Assembly: GCA_003528115.1 (NCBI GenBank)
Contig: DOGZ01000006.1
Location: forward strand, 64,076-128,075
Direction of reading: 5' to 3'
DNA: 64,000 nucleotides
DNA from: Candidatus Omnitrophota bacterium
GTDB taxonomy: Bacteria; Omnitrophota; Gorgyraeia; Zapsychrales; Zapsychraceae
The stretch's first letter is position 1. Each line of letters starts with the position of its first letter. Below, one piece after another: positions 1 through 9,139 of this stretch. A program made the position numbers and the translations under genes. The notes beneath the pieces were generated by a model. It saw only the letters and a program-made list of their open reading frames with translations. It did no database searches and was not told where the DNA came from.

Positions 1-258
1 CGCGATGGCGTTGCGCGTTCTCAACCCCAAAACGCCGTCTATCTTTCCGGGATTGTACCCATACAGTTTAAGGAGCGTTTGAATTTCTTCAACGGTGGGG
101 TTTTTTTCGTAAGGAACAATCTCGCCGATGAGCTCTTTTTCCTCGGCCCCTTCCTTATCCAAAAGGCTGTACAATTTGTCGCAGCCGGCACAACAGAGGC
201 TGAAGACTAAAAGAAATGAAATAAAAAAAATACGCGTTGCCGCGAATAAATTTCCCAT
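1..258 (-). CDS. lipoprotein with putative peptidoglycan-binding domain (partial; C-terminus outside window)
   Basis: Minus-strand ORF starting ATG at 256-258: MGNLFAATRIFFISFLLVFSLCCAGC... is a signal peptide with lipobox-like Cys, followed by LKLYGYNPGKIDGVLGLRTRNAIA resembling a PG_binding_1 motif. The ORF is open to the window edge. Confidence 0.4.
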   Translation of the reverse strand, partial: MGNLFAATRIFFISFLLVFSLCCAGCDKLYSLLDKEGAEEKELIGEIVPYEKNPTVEEIQTLLKLYGYNPGKIDGVLGLRTRNAIA

Positions 259-334
259 AAAGCTATCTTTAATGACATCTCAATGAATTTATTTTCTTTC
301 CTCATCAAAATTCTGTTGTCATCCACCTCATCGC

Positions 335-781
335 GTGTTAATACTATCAATAAAAAAGAGAAACGCAAGCCTTGAGGAAATCCAATCTCTTTTGAAAACC
401 ATGAAAAACAAACTCATCCTTTTTAGCCTGCTTATTATTTTTTCGGTCTTCTGTCTGCAGATTGTTTTAAATCCCTATTTACATCAGCGCGAAGTCACAA
501 AAATTGTCAAAATAATTCTAAAACATTGGAAAAACGGCGACCTGCCTGAGGCCTTTGTCTATTGGGAAGATCTCAGGCGCGCTCCGCCTATTTACGATCT
601 GGTTTCTTCCACCCTTATAGAAAAAACTTTTCATCTGAAGGACACGCCTCCCTACGCCCAAATTGTCGTCAAGTTGGAATTCCCGGAAGGCAACGTCATC
701 CCCTCAGGCAAGGAATGGGTTTTTGAATTAACCTATACAAAATCCGGCTGGAAGGTAAAAAATTTTCATCCTTTTCCATAG
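335..781 (+). CDS. hypothetical membrane-anchored protein (probable true start ATG at 401, MKNKLILFSLL...)
   Basis: ORF with an N-terminal hydrophobic segment. No recognisable catalytic motifs. Confidence 0.35.
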   Translation: MLILSIKKRNASLEEIQSLLKTMKNKLILFSLLIIFSVFCLQIVLNPYLHQREVTKIVKIILKHWKNGDLPEAFVYWEDLRRAPPIYDLVSSTLIEKTFHLKDTPPYAQIVVKLEFPEGNVIPSGKEWVFELTYTKSGWKVKNFHPFP

Positions 782-795
782 CCTTAAGAATTCCT

Positions 796-2226
796 TCACA
801 AGGCCTGCATTCCCCGACGGCACAATTCTCTGGCATAGTCCGTCCAGATACCTTGCCCCCAATACCGGAAACAGCTTGTCTGCGATAAAAGCAAATAAAG
901 GAAGGCTTCCCTATACGAATGACTTTTTACGTCAACTTTTTTGCCGTCAAATTTCTGATGAAAAGCCGCGCTTAATTTATTGATAGGATCCAGCACATCC
1001 TCATACCCCTTGACCCAATTCTTATCGTTGGTCCATGAGCCTTTATCGAGATTAAAACCCGCGTCTTTGTCATGAATTTTCTTGATCGCCTCATCGCAGG
1101 CGCCCGGGGCGAAACGATGTATTTCCTTCCATATCCTGTGCTGAGAAATAGGCTGAAGTGGAATAAACGAGGCCTCCTGAACGCCCGATTGTTTTAAAAA
1201 CTCCAGGTATTCCGATCCGTTCATGGCCACGTTCCCCTCGGTTCCAATCTCCGCGAAGGCGACCCTGTAGGCAGGTGGAAATTCATTCATCATCACCCCT
1301 CCGTTTTCCCCGTCACCGATCTGGCAGACAAAAGGAGGAATTTCCCGGCCTGCAACTTCCTGTTTTCCCGTAGATTTTGCCTCGTAACACGGCTGCATCT
1401 GGGCCACCAGTTTTGTATCCGAACCTTTTGTTTTGATCAGAGCCGTGATCTCTGCTGTTTCCCCCAAAGAATTCTTCGCCACCAATCGATGAGGCACGTG
1501 AGGTCGACGGATGCCGCTCCCGTCCAAATTTTCAACCGTATGCTCCTGGACCATCAGCCATTCATACCCGCACTCTTTTAGAGCCTTGACATATTCATAA
1601 CAAACATCCGGGTGGATCGGGAGATGCATTTCCGGCGGAGAAAACCCTTTGACTCTTCCGGCCGCCTCTTCTCCAAAGATAGCGGCGAAATGTTTCCGCC
1701 AGGCCATGATCTGCAGCTTGATATCCGGGACAGGCGTGGAACTGACAACGGCATGCGACCACGTCGTGCCAAGCCATTCAACATAGCGGTGATATTTCTT
1801 TTCTGAAGCAATATGTTTTAAATTTTCCAGCACCCGGCCGCCTTCCATCTGCCGTAATCCCCACAGGAGATTTCCGGAATAATCCAGCATCACCCGGGGA
1901 TTGCGTCCTTGATCGACGAGTTCCCTCACAATGTCCGACATCCTCGAATAACACTGCATAAAGACCGAGGCGTTGTGGTTATCCCCTATGTGTGGATTCT
2001 CCATCATATGCTGAAGATTGGAAATGAGCCCGGCGGTCATGAGGTCGCCTCCTCCGGCAGGGATGGTTGGTTGATGCATATGCAGGGCAATGCCGAAACT
2101 CGCTGAAACCCTGTTGAATTTAATATTCGACAACGGGGCATACTGCGGACTTTTTAAACCGGATAATTTCTGAATATCCTTTTCATCAAACGTGATATTA
2201 GGTAATCCCTCGATGACATCCGACAT
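796..2226 (-). CDS. glycoside hydrolase family 57 protein (alpha-amylase/alpha-glucanotransferase-like)
   Basis: 476 aa with HMHQP-type motif (GIALHMHQPTIP) typical of the GH57 N-terminal catalytic region. Adjacent to a GH57 branching enzyme and a glycogen-synthase-like GT. Confidence 0.55.
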   Translation of the reverse strand: MSDVIEGLPNITFDEKDIQKLSGLKSPQYAPLSNIKFNRVSASFGIALHMHQPTIPAGGGDLMTAGLISNLQHMMENPHIGDNHNASVFMQCYSRMSDIVRELVDQGRNPRVMLDYSGNLLWGLRQMEGGRVLENLKHIASEKKYHRYVEWLGTTWSHAVVSSTPVPDIKLQIMAWRKHFAAIFGEEAAGRVKGFSPPEMHLPIHPDVCYEYVKALKECGYEWLMVQEHTVENLDGSGIRRPHVPHRLVAKNSLGETAEITALIKTKGSDTKLVAQMQPCYEAKSTGKQEVAGREIPPFVCQIGDGENGGVMMNEFPPAYRVAFAEIGTEGNVAMNGSEYLEFLKQSGVQEASFIPLQPISQHRIWKEIHRFAPGACDEAIKKIHDKDAGFNLDKGSWTNDKNWVKGYEDVLDPINKLSAAFHQKFDGKKVDVKSHSYREAFLYLLLSQTSCFRYWGQGIWTDYARELCRRGMQAL

Positions 2227-2239
2227 CTCATCCTCCTCC

Positions 2240-3988
2240 TCACTTGACCTTGGACTTCTTTCGCCGCGCCGGTGACGCGCTTTTGGCGAAGGAGGTCTTT
2301 TGTTTCTTTGGAAGTTTTTGACTTTTCTTCAGAGCGCGCCTGCGGCGCTCCGGCTTCTTCTCCTCTTTTGGAATGGAATAATACCCCGCGCAATCCATGT
2401 GAGAAAAAATATTATCCCTCCATTCCACTTCTTTTAACCATGCCTCATCCAGGGTATTCTCTCTCAGGTCATGATACAAGCGCGTGAATCGCCCGATATG
2501 CTGCCTGACTCTTTTTTCAGCGTAAGCGACCATGGTCCCTGTCTTCATAATAAAAGGCCAGTCGCTGGCCTCGGCTAACAATAATTCCCTGGCGGCTTGA
2601 TTCACTGCCCGGCGGATAAAAGCTTGAGGGCCTGAGCGTTGTCGGGTTCCTTTTTTTCGCGCGGAAAAAAACTTTTGGGCTAATTCCCTCATGCGCTCGC
2701 CGGCCTTATGGACATGGCGATAAATCCAATCGTTTCCGCCATTGAGCCAGAATTCATTGTATCCCTTATAACCCCAGCTTGAAGCTGAGGGCACAGCCAT
2801 TTGATTAACAGGGTTGTCCTCGAGGTACTCAGAAGGCGTCTTTAACTCGATCGTTTCTTGGTCATAAACAATCTTTCGAATAAGAAAATCAATCCACATC
2901 GGGCCTTCAAACCACCAATGGCCGAACAATTCAGCGTCGTACGGAGCGACGATGATCGGTTTTCGGTCCATATGGGCCGCCAAGTGCTCAATCTGCTTTT
3001 CCCTGTTAAACATAAAATTCGCGGCGTGGCTTGCCGCTTTTTCCTTTGCCCAATCCGGTCTGTACACTTCTTTGTACTCCGTGGGACCGGTAATTCTCCA
3101 ATATTTAATACCTGTGTTTATTCTGATCCCCTGAGGATGAATATAGGGTTTGATATATTCATAATCAAGTTCATGCCCGATATCTCTGTAATACTCCCGG
3201 TAATCGACGTCTCCCGGATAGCCTTCTTTGGAACTCCAGACCTGTTTGGAGGATTCCCAATCCCGGCCAAAAGCCGCCACTCCCGACGGGCAATAAACCG
3301 GCGCGTAAACGCTGTACCGGGGTGTAGGATCCGCGTTGACGATCCCATGCGAATCGATAAAAAAATACCGCACCCCGTTCTCTTTCAAAATATCATCTAT
3401 GCCCGGAGCATACCCGCACTCCGGCAGCCAGATTCCTTTCGGCGGACGCCCAAATACTTTCGTGTAAAAATCCACCCCAATTTGAATCTGCGCCCTGGCG
3501 GAAGAGAGATTTTTCCCGATCATGGGCAAAAAACCGTGCGTCGCGCATGAGGTAATCACCTCGAGACATCCAAAATCCTGAAATTTTTTAAACGCCGCGA
3601 CAATATTATTTTGATACTGCCGCGTAAAGATCTCTTTAGTCCTTTTGAATTTCTCGTTATACATTAAAGCCAACCCGTGATAAAGCGGCTCATACCCTGT
3701 CCGGCTGATCTCTTTGTCCGACAACTCAATCAATTGATCAATATGCCGCAGGTAACGTTCTTGCAGGAAGGGATCCAGAAGCATCGAGGCCAGGGTCGGG
3801 GTTAAAGACATGGTGATCCGGAAGTTTATGCCGTCACGAACAAGCCGGTCAAAAACTTCAATGAGAGGAATATACGTCTCGGTGATCGCCTCGAAAAGCC
3901 AATTCTCTTCCAGGAAATATTCTTCTTCCGGATGGCGGACAAAAGGCAGGTGCGCGTGAAGCATCAAACATAAATAACCTTTGGACAT
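2240..3988 (-). CDS. GH57-family 1,4-alpha-glucan branching enzyme with C-terminal Lys/Arg-rich tail
   Basis: N-terminus LCLMLHAHLPFVRHPE... matches the GH57 branching-enzyme signature (HxHLPF). Length 582 aa. The last ~45 aa are KKPERRRRALKKSQKLPKKQKTSFAKSASPARRKKSKVK. Confidence 0.75.
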   Translation of the reverse strand: MSKGYLCLMLHAHLPFVRHPEEEYFLEENWLFEAITETYIPLIEVFDRLVRDGINFRITMSLTPTLASMLLDPFLQERYLRHIDQLIELSDKEISRTGYEPLYHGLALMYNEKFKRTKEIFTRQYQNNIVAAFKKFQDFGCLEVITSCATHGFLPMIGKNLSSARAQIQIGVDFYTKVFGRPPKGIWLPECGYAPGIDDILKENGVRYFFIDSHGIVNADPTPRYSVYAPVYCPSGVAAFGRDWESSKQVWSSKEGYPGDVDYREYYRDIGHELDYEYIKPYIHPQGIRINTGIKYWRITGPTEYKEVYRPDWAKEKAASHAANFMFNREKQIEHLAAHMDRKPIIVAPYDAELFGHWWFEGPMWIDFLIRKIVYDQETIELKTPSEYLEDNPVNQMAVPSASSWGYKGYNEFWLNGGNDWIYRHVHKAGERMRELAQKFFSARKKGTRQRSGPQAFIRRAVNQAARELLLAEASDWPFIMKTGTMVAYAEKRVRQHIGRFTRLYHDLRENTLDEAWLKEVEWRDNIFSHMDCAGYYSIPKEEKKPERRRRALKKSQKLPKKQKTSFAKSASPARRKKSKVK

Positions 3989-4008
3989 AGACTTTTATCG
4001 ATAGGTTA

Positions 4009-4185
4009 TTGACCTCCGTACAACTAATGGAACCCCCTCTTTTAGGAAACGGAGGTCGAGATACCCCTGCTTTCCAAATAAAACGCTTAGAGGAAGCAGG
4101 GACGTCCCAACTACCTCTGAATGATTCTTTGAGGGAAGTTGGGGCTGACTGCCGTAATGTTCCATTACTTTTAGGGAAGTCAGTA
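4009..4185 (-). repeat. structured intergenic repeat, family A copy 1 (leader of GH57 branching-enzyme gene)
   Basis: Shares TTGACCTCCGTA...GGTCGAGATAC...CTGACTGCC..TGTTCCATTACTTTT...GGAAGTCAGTA blocks with 18259-18354. Internal 9-bp perfect inverted repeat (gacctccgt/acggaggtc). Copy 1 carries an extra insert with two further hairpins. Confidence 0.5.
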
Positions 4186-4204
4186 GTTAAATCGAAAGCT
4201 TCTT

Positions 4205-5512
4205 TCAAGGGGCGTATAAGGTCTGGCTGCGTTCCACGGATGTGGAAATACTTCGGCTATCCACTTTGTCCGATGAAACGGCCACAAAAGGAAACGGGAT
4301 TTTCCCGTCGGGTAAGGCATACCGCAAACTGAACGTTCCGTCTTGACGTAAAGGGATTCTTTGATCCGCCAAATGAACCTCGGCATCCGGTTCCGTGCGG
4401 CCATACACAATAAGTTCCGTCCAAATTTCAAAAAAGAATTTTCTTCTTTTTTCTTCGGGCGCGCTGGAAATCCCCTGCGGCCGCGACTGACTCAAGGACT
4501 GGCTCGCCCCTCCTTGGATGGCCAGCTCCTCGGAGGATCCCAGGATAAATTTCTTATAAAATTCTTTCCATGTTAACCCACCCAGCCAATCTTCATCCAG
4601 AAGAACCCCTTCTTCGGAATATACCCTTCGAGCGTTTTCCCTCTCTAATATGAAAAGATTTTTCCCGTTCTTTCTTTCTGAACCTCTCCCTACAACCCTT
4701 TTAAAAAGAGGCACAAGTCTTTCATAATAACTCCTGACTTCCTCCGCGCTTAAAGGGATCCTCCCTCGGGCAAATGTCCTTGGACGTCCCTTGCTTTTAG
4801 CCAAGAACCCCGCGCCTTGAACACCTCTCCCGGAACTTTTCTGAATTTTAGACTCTCCCATCACGAACGGGGCTGGAGGCTCCATCGGGTCGCTCTTCCT
4901 CTCCATCCAAATCATATCTTTTCGTCCCGAAAGTCCTCTACGCGGCGTGATCACATTATTGGACCTGGCTAAAGTGAAGAAATCCCCGCCGGCCATGCGA
5001 AGGCCTATATCACAACAGTAGGACGTATTTTCGCCCCAGACATTGACATACCAATTGTTGGCCAAAGGACCGACATCCATATCAAACCAATGATTGGCAT
5101 TGGCGCCATTAAAATCCTTAAACGTTATGTCATACATCCTTAAAACATAAACCGCTTTATTAAAGTCCTGACCGGTCTTTTTCTTCATCTCTTCGATAGA
5201 AGACGGGGCAATCTCCCAGTAGGCATAGAGCCAGTAAGGATCTCGGGCCATGAGCGTCACACTGGTTGTGTTATAACTGGAAGGAAGCTCGTAACTGTCG
5301 ATTTCTTTTTTAAGAAAAGAATTTCCCGGGGGAATCGGATTGGATTTATCTAAAGGGAGCGGTAAAACAGACTTGTGTTTTTCCGGCAGAGGTTTTGACA
5401 GTTGTTTCTTGGGTAAGCGGCGTGGAGGATGTTGACCGCTTGAAAAAACGTTCTTTTTTTTTATCAAGACATCCTTTGGACTTTTATCTGTCTTGGATTT
5501 TTGCCGAATCAA
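4205..5512 (-). CDS. DUF4912-like protein associated with GH57 glycogen clusters
   Basis: 435 aa. Central region (ARDPYWLYAYWEI...WYVNVWG) resembles the DUF4912 family that typically neighbours GH57 branching enzymes. This is recalled, not searched. Confidence 0.4.
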   Translation of the reverse strand: MIRQKSKTDKSPKDVLIKKKNVFSSGQHPPRRLPKKQLSKPLPEKHKSVLPLPLDKSNPIPPGNSFLKKEIDSYELPSSYNTTSVTLMARDPYWLYAYWEIAPSSIEEMKKKTGQDFNKAVYVLRMYDITFKDFNGANANHWFDMDVGPLANNWYVNVWGENTSYCCDIGLRMAGGDFFTLARSNNVITPRRGLSGRKDMIWMERKSDPMEPPAPFVMGESKIQKSSGRGVQGAGFLAKSKGRPRTFARGRIPLSAEEVRSYYERLVPLFKRVVGRGSERKNGKNLFILERENARRVYSEEGVLLDEDWLGGLTWKEFYKKFILGSSEELAIQGGASQSLSQSRPQGISSAPEEKRRKFFFEIWTELIVYGRTEPDAEVHLADQRIPLRQDGTFSLRYALPDGKIPFPFVAVSSDKVDSRSISTSVERSQTLYAP

Positions 5513-5524
5513 ATTCTATTCTCC

Positions 5525-6685
5525 TTAACTCTGATAAACGGTCAAGACTTCATCGGCGATGGTGTCCCAAGAAAAGACCGTTTCAGCCGCCACGCGGCCG
5601 TTGGCGCCCATCCATCGGGCGTGTTCAAAATTAGCAAACAACGTTCCTATTCCCCACGCGATAGAATCCGAATTAGCGTTGATTTTAAAACCATTGACAT
5701 CGTGCCATACAATTTCCGAAGGTCCCCCGTTTATGCTGGCAATGACCGGTTTGCCGGCGCTCCAAGCCTCCAGAATAACGATCCCGAAAGGCTCATTGCG
5801 ACTGGGGATACAGACGCAATCACAAGCCTTAAAAAGATCCACCAGCTTCCAGCCGCTCAAATGTCCAAGGAATTTCGTCGCGTGACTAACGCCCCTGTGC
5901 CGCGCCGTGTTTTCAACACTCTGACGCATCGCGCCGTCACCGACAAAAACGAATTTAGCGTTATGATAATATTTCAAGACATGGGGAATGGCTTCGACCA
6001 GAAGATCCGGCCCTTTCTGAACGGCCATTCTTCCCGCGAACAAAACCACAGGATCCATCGTCCCGATCTCATAGGACTTTTTCACGGCCCCTGGATCAAG
6101 CCAACCGTCGAAATTCCTGTAACTAATGCCGTTATATATGACATCCATTTTCCCGTCGGGAACGCTGTAAATCCACTGGACCTCATTTTTCAGCGCGTTG
6201 GAAACCGTGATCACATGGTCGGCACAATAGGCTCCATGCCATTCAATATGCCGGATCCGTTCGGAATTCCCGCCCCAAAAATGGTTACCGCTGCGTCCAT
6301 ATTCCGTGGAATGCAGGGTAAAAACCGCTTTCCGGCCGCGGCCTTCTTTGATCCAGGACATCGCGTTCGCCGTCAACCAATCATGCGCGTGAACAATATC
6401 AAAAGCGCCTATGTGATCCTCCGTCTCAAAAAAGGTATGCACGAAGGAACGGCACATATTATTCATCTCTTCAACGAAATCCGGATGATGGGCGAAAGGA
6501 CAACGATGATAATGAACGCCGTCTATCCGTTCATACAGGGCATGGTCATGCCGTCCCATCCTGGTAAAAACATGCGTCTCATGCCCCTTGCGTTCCAGGG
6601 CGCAGGCCAATTCCGTCACATGACTGGCCACCCCACCGATATAAATAGAATGAGCGGTTTCCCAGGAAAAAAGAGCGATGCGCAT
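5525..6685 (-). CDS. GT4-family glycosyltransferase (glycogen synthase-like)
   Basis: MRIALFSWETAHSIYIGGVASHV... is a GT-B fold N-terminus. The C-terminal half has a GT4-like E-x7-E region (FGIVILEAWSAGKPVI). Start overlaps the CBM48 ORF stop by 1 nt. Confidence 0.7.
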   Translation of the reverse strand: MRIALFSWETAHSIYIGGVASHVTELACALERKGHETHVFTRMGRHDHALYERIDGVHYHRCPFAHHPDFVEEMNNMCRSFVHTFFETEDHIGAFDIVHAHDWLTANAMSWIKEGRGRKAVFTLHSTEYGRSGNHFWGGNSERIRHIEWHGAYCADHVITVSNALKNEVQWIYSVPDGKMDVIYNGISYRNFDGWLDPGAVKKSYEIGTMDPVVLFAGRMAVQKGPDLLVEAIPHVLKYYHNAKFVFVGDGAMRQSVENTARHRGVSHATKFLGHLSGWKLVDLFKACDCVCIPSRNEPFGIVILEAWSAGKPVIASINGGPSEIVWHDVNGFKINANSDSIAWGIGTLFANFEHARWMGANGRVAAETVFSWDTIADEVLTVYQS

Positions 6686-7035
6686 TAAATAGAAATTTCC
6701 TTTAGTGAGTTAACCGTTCCGCTCGGGCTCATAACCGTTTGCTTATTCGCCGGATCTGTCCACCACTGCTGATCCACAATAAATTTATATTCATACCGTC
6801 CCGGCGCCAACTCAACGCCCACTCTCCAAAGGCCATCTTTATCTTTCTTCATGGGAATTCCGTTCACATCCCAGGCCTTAAAATTACCCGTTAGAGCGAC
6901 CTTTTTGGCCGCGGGAGCCGCAAGTTCAAAATAAATTTTCTTTTTGAATAAGCTCTTCTTTACGGTCTTAAATAACTCTATCGTCGATGTTTTGGACGTA
7001 ATACCTTTCGTTATTTTTTTCACTCTGTTTTGCAT
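6685..7035 (-). CDS. stand-alone CBM48 / AMPK-beta glycogen-binding domain protein
   Basis: 116 aa. VALTGNFKAWDVNGIPMKKDKDGLWRVGVELAPGRYEYKFIVDQQWWTDP matches the CBM48 (isoamylase N / AMPK beta GBD) sequence pattern. Confidence 0.6.
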   Translation of the reverse strand: MQNRVKKITKGITSKTSTIELFKTVKKSLFKKKIYFELAAPAAKKVALTGNFKAWDVNGIPMKKDKDGLWRVGVELAPGRYEYKFIVDQQWWTDPANKQTVMSPSGTVNSLKEISI

Positions 7036-7288
7036 CTTCCGTCTCCTTTCAAGATTTGGCCGTATTCTGACATGACATTTTCATTCTGTCAAGAAATGGG
7101 TACTCTAAAACACCGGCTTTTCAAACACCTGGTCCTTGCGCGCAGATCTTTCGCGCGGCTCATCCAAACTAAAAGTCCAGACACAATTTTTTTATCTGCG
7201 TGCTGGGAACATTTCGCAATCTTTGCTAAAATACCTTTGAGTTTTTCACAAACTTTCCTTATGAAAAAAAGAAAGCGAACTAAACCTT

Positions 7289-9073
7289 ATGAAAAAGCTT
7301 AAAACAACCAAAAAAGTGCTTCAGCTCATTTTAGACTCAACTCTGGCCAGTCTGATCATGGTCGATCTGGAAGGGAAGATCGCCCTTGTCAATTCTTCAG
7401 CAGAAATGACATTTGGTTATAATAAAAAAGAACTGCTTGGCAAACCCATAGAAATCCTCGTCCCTCATCCTCTGCGCCAACAACACGTCAAAAACAGAAA
7501 AGAATATTTAATAAAGCCCGAACCGCGCTATATGGGAAAAGGCAGGGATCTGCGCGGCCTGCGAAAGGATGAAAGCGTGTTCCCCGCGGAAATCGGCCTT
7601 AATCCCCTCACCACCGAAGAAGGGCTTTTTATTATCTGTACCATCATCGATATCACCGACCGCAAAAAGGCCGAGGAAAAACTGGTCGAATCCGAAAAAA
7701 GATACCGCCAGCTCTACGAAGGAAGCCTTGACGGTTATGTCTTAGTCGACATGAATAGCCGTCTACTGGCGTTTAACCGCGCCTTTCAAAATATGCTCGG
7801 CTATACGGAAGAAGAACTATTCCTTTTAACTTATGCTAAACGCACCCCCAAGAAGTGGCATGCCATGGAAAGAAAAATTATCAAAGAGGATGTCTTAAAA
7901 AAAGGGCATTCAGAAATTTATGAAAAAGAGTACCTCAAAAAAGACGGCGCGATTATTCCCGTTGAATTAAGGACATATCTTGTCAAAGACAACGCCGGAA
8001 AACCGGCCGGCATGTGGGCCTTTGTTCGGGACATCACGGAACGCAAAAAAAACGAAGAAGAGCTTCAACATCTGCAGGATCATGTGAAGGCTGAAAAACG
8101 AAAACTGGAACAAGTTCTCAACATTGATCAGCGCATCAGTTCGATCCTGGAACTGAATCATCTGGTTGATTTCGTCATTGAAAAAGCGACCCAGATTCTC
8201 GAAGTGGAAAAATGTTCCTTGATGCTTCTCGACCCGGAATCCCAGGAACTCCTGATTAGAGGAGCGGTCGGTCTCACTAACGAAATCATTAAATCAACCA
8301 GAATTAAATTAGGCGAGCAAATTGCCGGTCTTGTGGCGAAAGAAGGAAAACCTTTACTGATTAATGACATTGAGTTCGATAAAATGATCTCCAGGAAAAA
8401 CCGCTCAGCCTACAAAACCAAATCTTTCTTGAGCGTCCCTATCAAACTGCATAACAAACTCATCGGTGTGGTTAATGTGTCTGACAAAAAATCCAAACGG
8501 CATACCGAGTTTACAGAAGACGATTTAAAAATTCTGTCGATGATCATCCGCCAGGCCGCTATCGCCATAGAAAACGCGAATTATTGCCGGAAGCTGGAAT
8601 ATTTAACGACGGTCGATCCTCACACGGAGATTTATAACCACAGATATTTTATCAAGGCCCTGGATCAGGAAATTCACCGTTCTCAACGTTATGGCCGTCC
8701 CTTATGTTTGATGATGATAGATATTGATGATTTCAAAACTTATAACGACACCCACGGCCATCCGCAAGGCGACCATCTCCTCAAAGAGGTCAGCAGGATT
8801 TTAAAAGGAACCTGCCGTATCGTCGACATCGTCTGCCGTTACGCGGGAGATAAGTTTGTTGTGATCTTTCCTGAGACGGATCTGCCTCAGGCACAAATCG
8901 TGGCGGGGAGATTGACAAACGCCCTCACCAATCTCAATGTAAAAAGTAAAATCACGGCCTGTATAGGAATAGCCGTTTTTATGAAGACCTCTGACCGCCG
9001 GGATCTCATCCTCAAAGCCGATCAGGCCCTCTACCGGGCGAAGAAAAAAGGGAAAGGCGAAATCTGCTGGTAA
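7289..9073 (+). CDS. PAS-PAS-GAF-GGDEF signalling protein with degenerate GGDEF motif (AGDKF)
   Basis: Two PAS-like segments, a GAF-like segment (EVEKCSLMLLDPESQELLIRGAVG...) and a C-terminal GGDEF domain (HTEIYNHRYF...RYAGDKFVVIF). The canonical GG[DE]EF is replaced by AGDKF. Confidence 0.75.
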   Translation: MKKLKTTKKVLQLILDSTLASLIMVDLEGKIALVNSSAEMTFGYNKKELLGKPIEILVPHPLRQQHVKNRKEYLIKPEPRYMGKGRDLRGLRKDESVFPAEIGLNPLTTEEGLFIICTIIDITDRKKAEEKLVESEKRYRQLYEGSLDGYVLVDMNSRLLAFNRAFQNMLGYTEEELFLLTYAKRTPKKWHAMERKIIKEDVLKKGHSEIYEKEYLKKDGAIIPVELRTYLVKDNAGKPAGMWAFVRDITERKKNEEELQHLQDHVKAEKRKLEQVLNIDQRISSILELNHLVDFVIEKATQILEVEKCSLMLLDPESQELLIRGAVGLTNEIIKSTRIKLGEQIAGLVAKEGKPLLINDIEFDKMISRKNRSAYKTKSFLSVPIKLHNKLIGVVNVSDKKSKRHTEFTEDDLKILSMIIRQAAIAIENANYCRKLEYLTTVDPHTEIYNHRYFIKALDQEIHRSQRYGRPLCLMMIDIDDFKTYNDTHGHPQGDHLLKEVSRILKGTCRIVDIVCRYAGDKFVVIFPETDLPQAQIVAGRLTNALTNLNVKSKITACIGIAVFMKTSDRRDLILKADQALYRAKKKGKGEICW

Positions 9074-9110
9074 AAAAACGCCAATTCGGCAGGCGCCTGT
9101 CGAATTGGCG
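9072..9110 (-). terminator. Rho-independent terminator (hairpin plus U-run on minus-strand RNA) between convergent GGDEF and giant genes
   Basis: A-run at 9072-9078, then a perfect 10-bp inverted repeat cgccaattcg / cgaattggcg with a 12-nt loop. On the minus strand this gives a hairpin followed by UUUUUUU, immediately after the giant-gene stop at 9140. Confidence 0.55.
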
Positions 9111-9139
9111 AATTGGTAATCATCTTGGTTTTAATCAAC

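Noticed and set aside
5501-6688. 395-aa plus-strand ORF antisense to the GT4 glycosyltransferase gene
   Set aside because: It is fully embedded antisense in a well-supported gene and its translation is low-complexity and motif-free. It is a typical shadow ORF. The same reasoning applies to 2858..3550, 26939..27820, 31665..32319, 36512..37297, 12716..13204 and the other antisense ORFs inside the giant gene, hppA, HEAT and permease genes.
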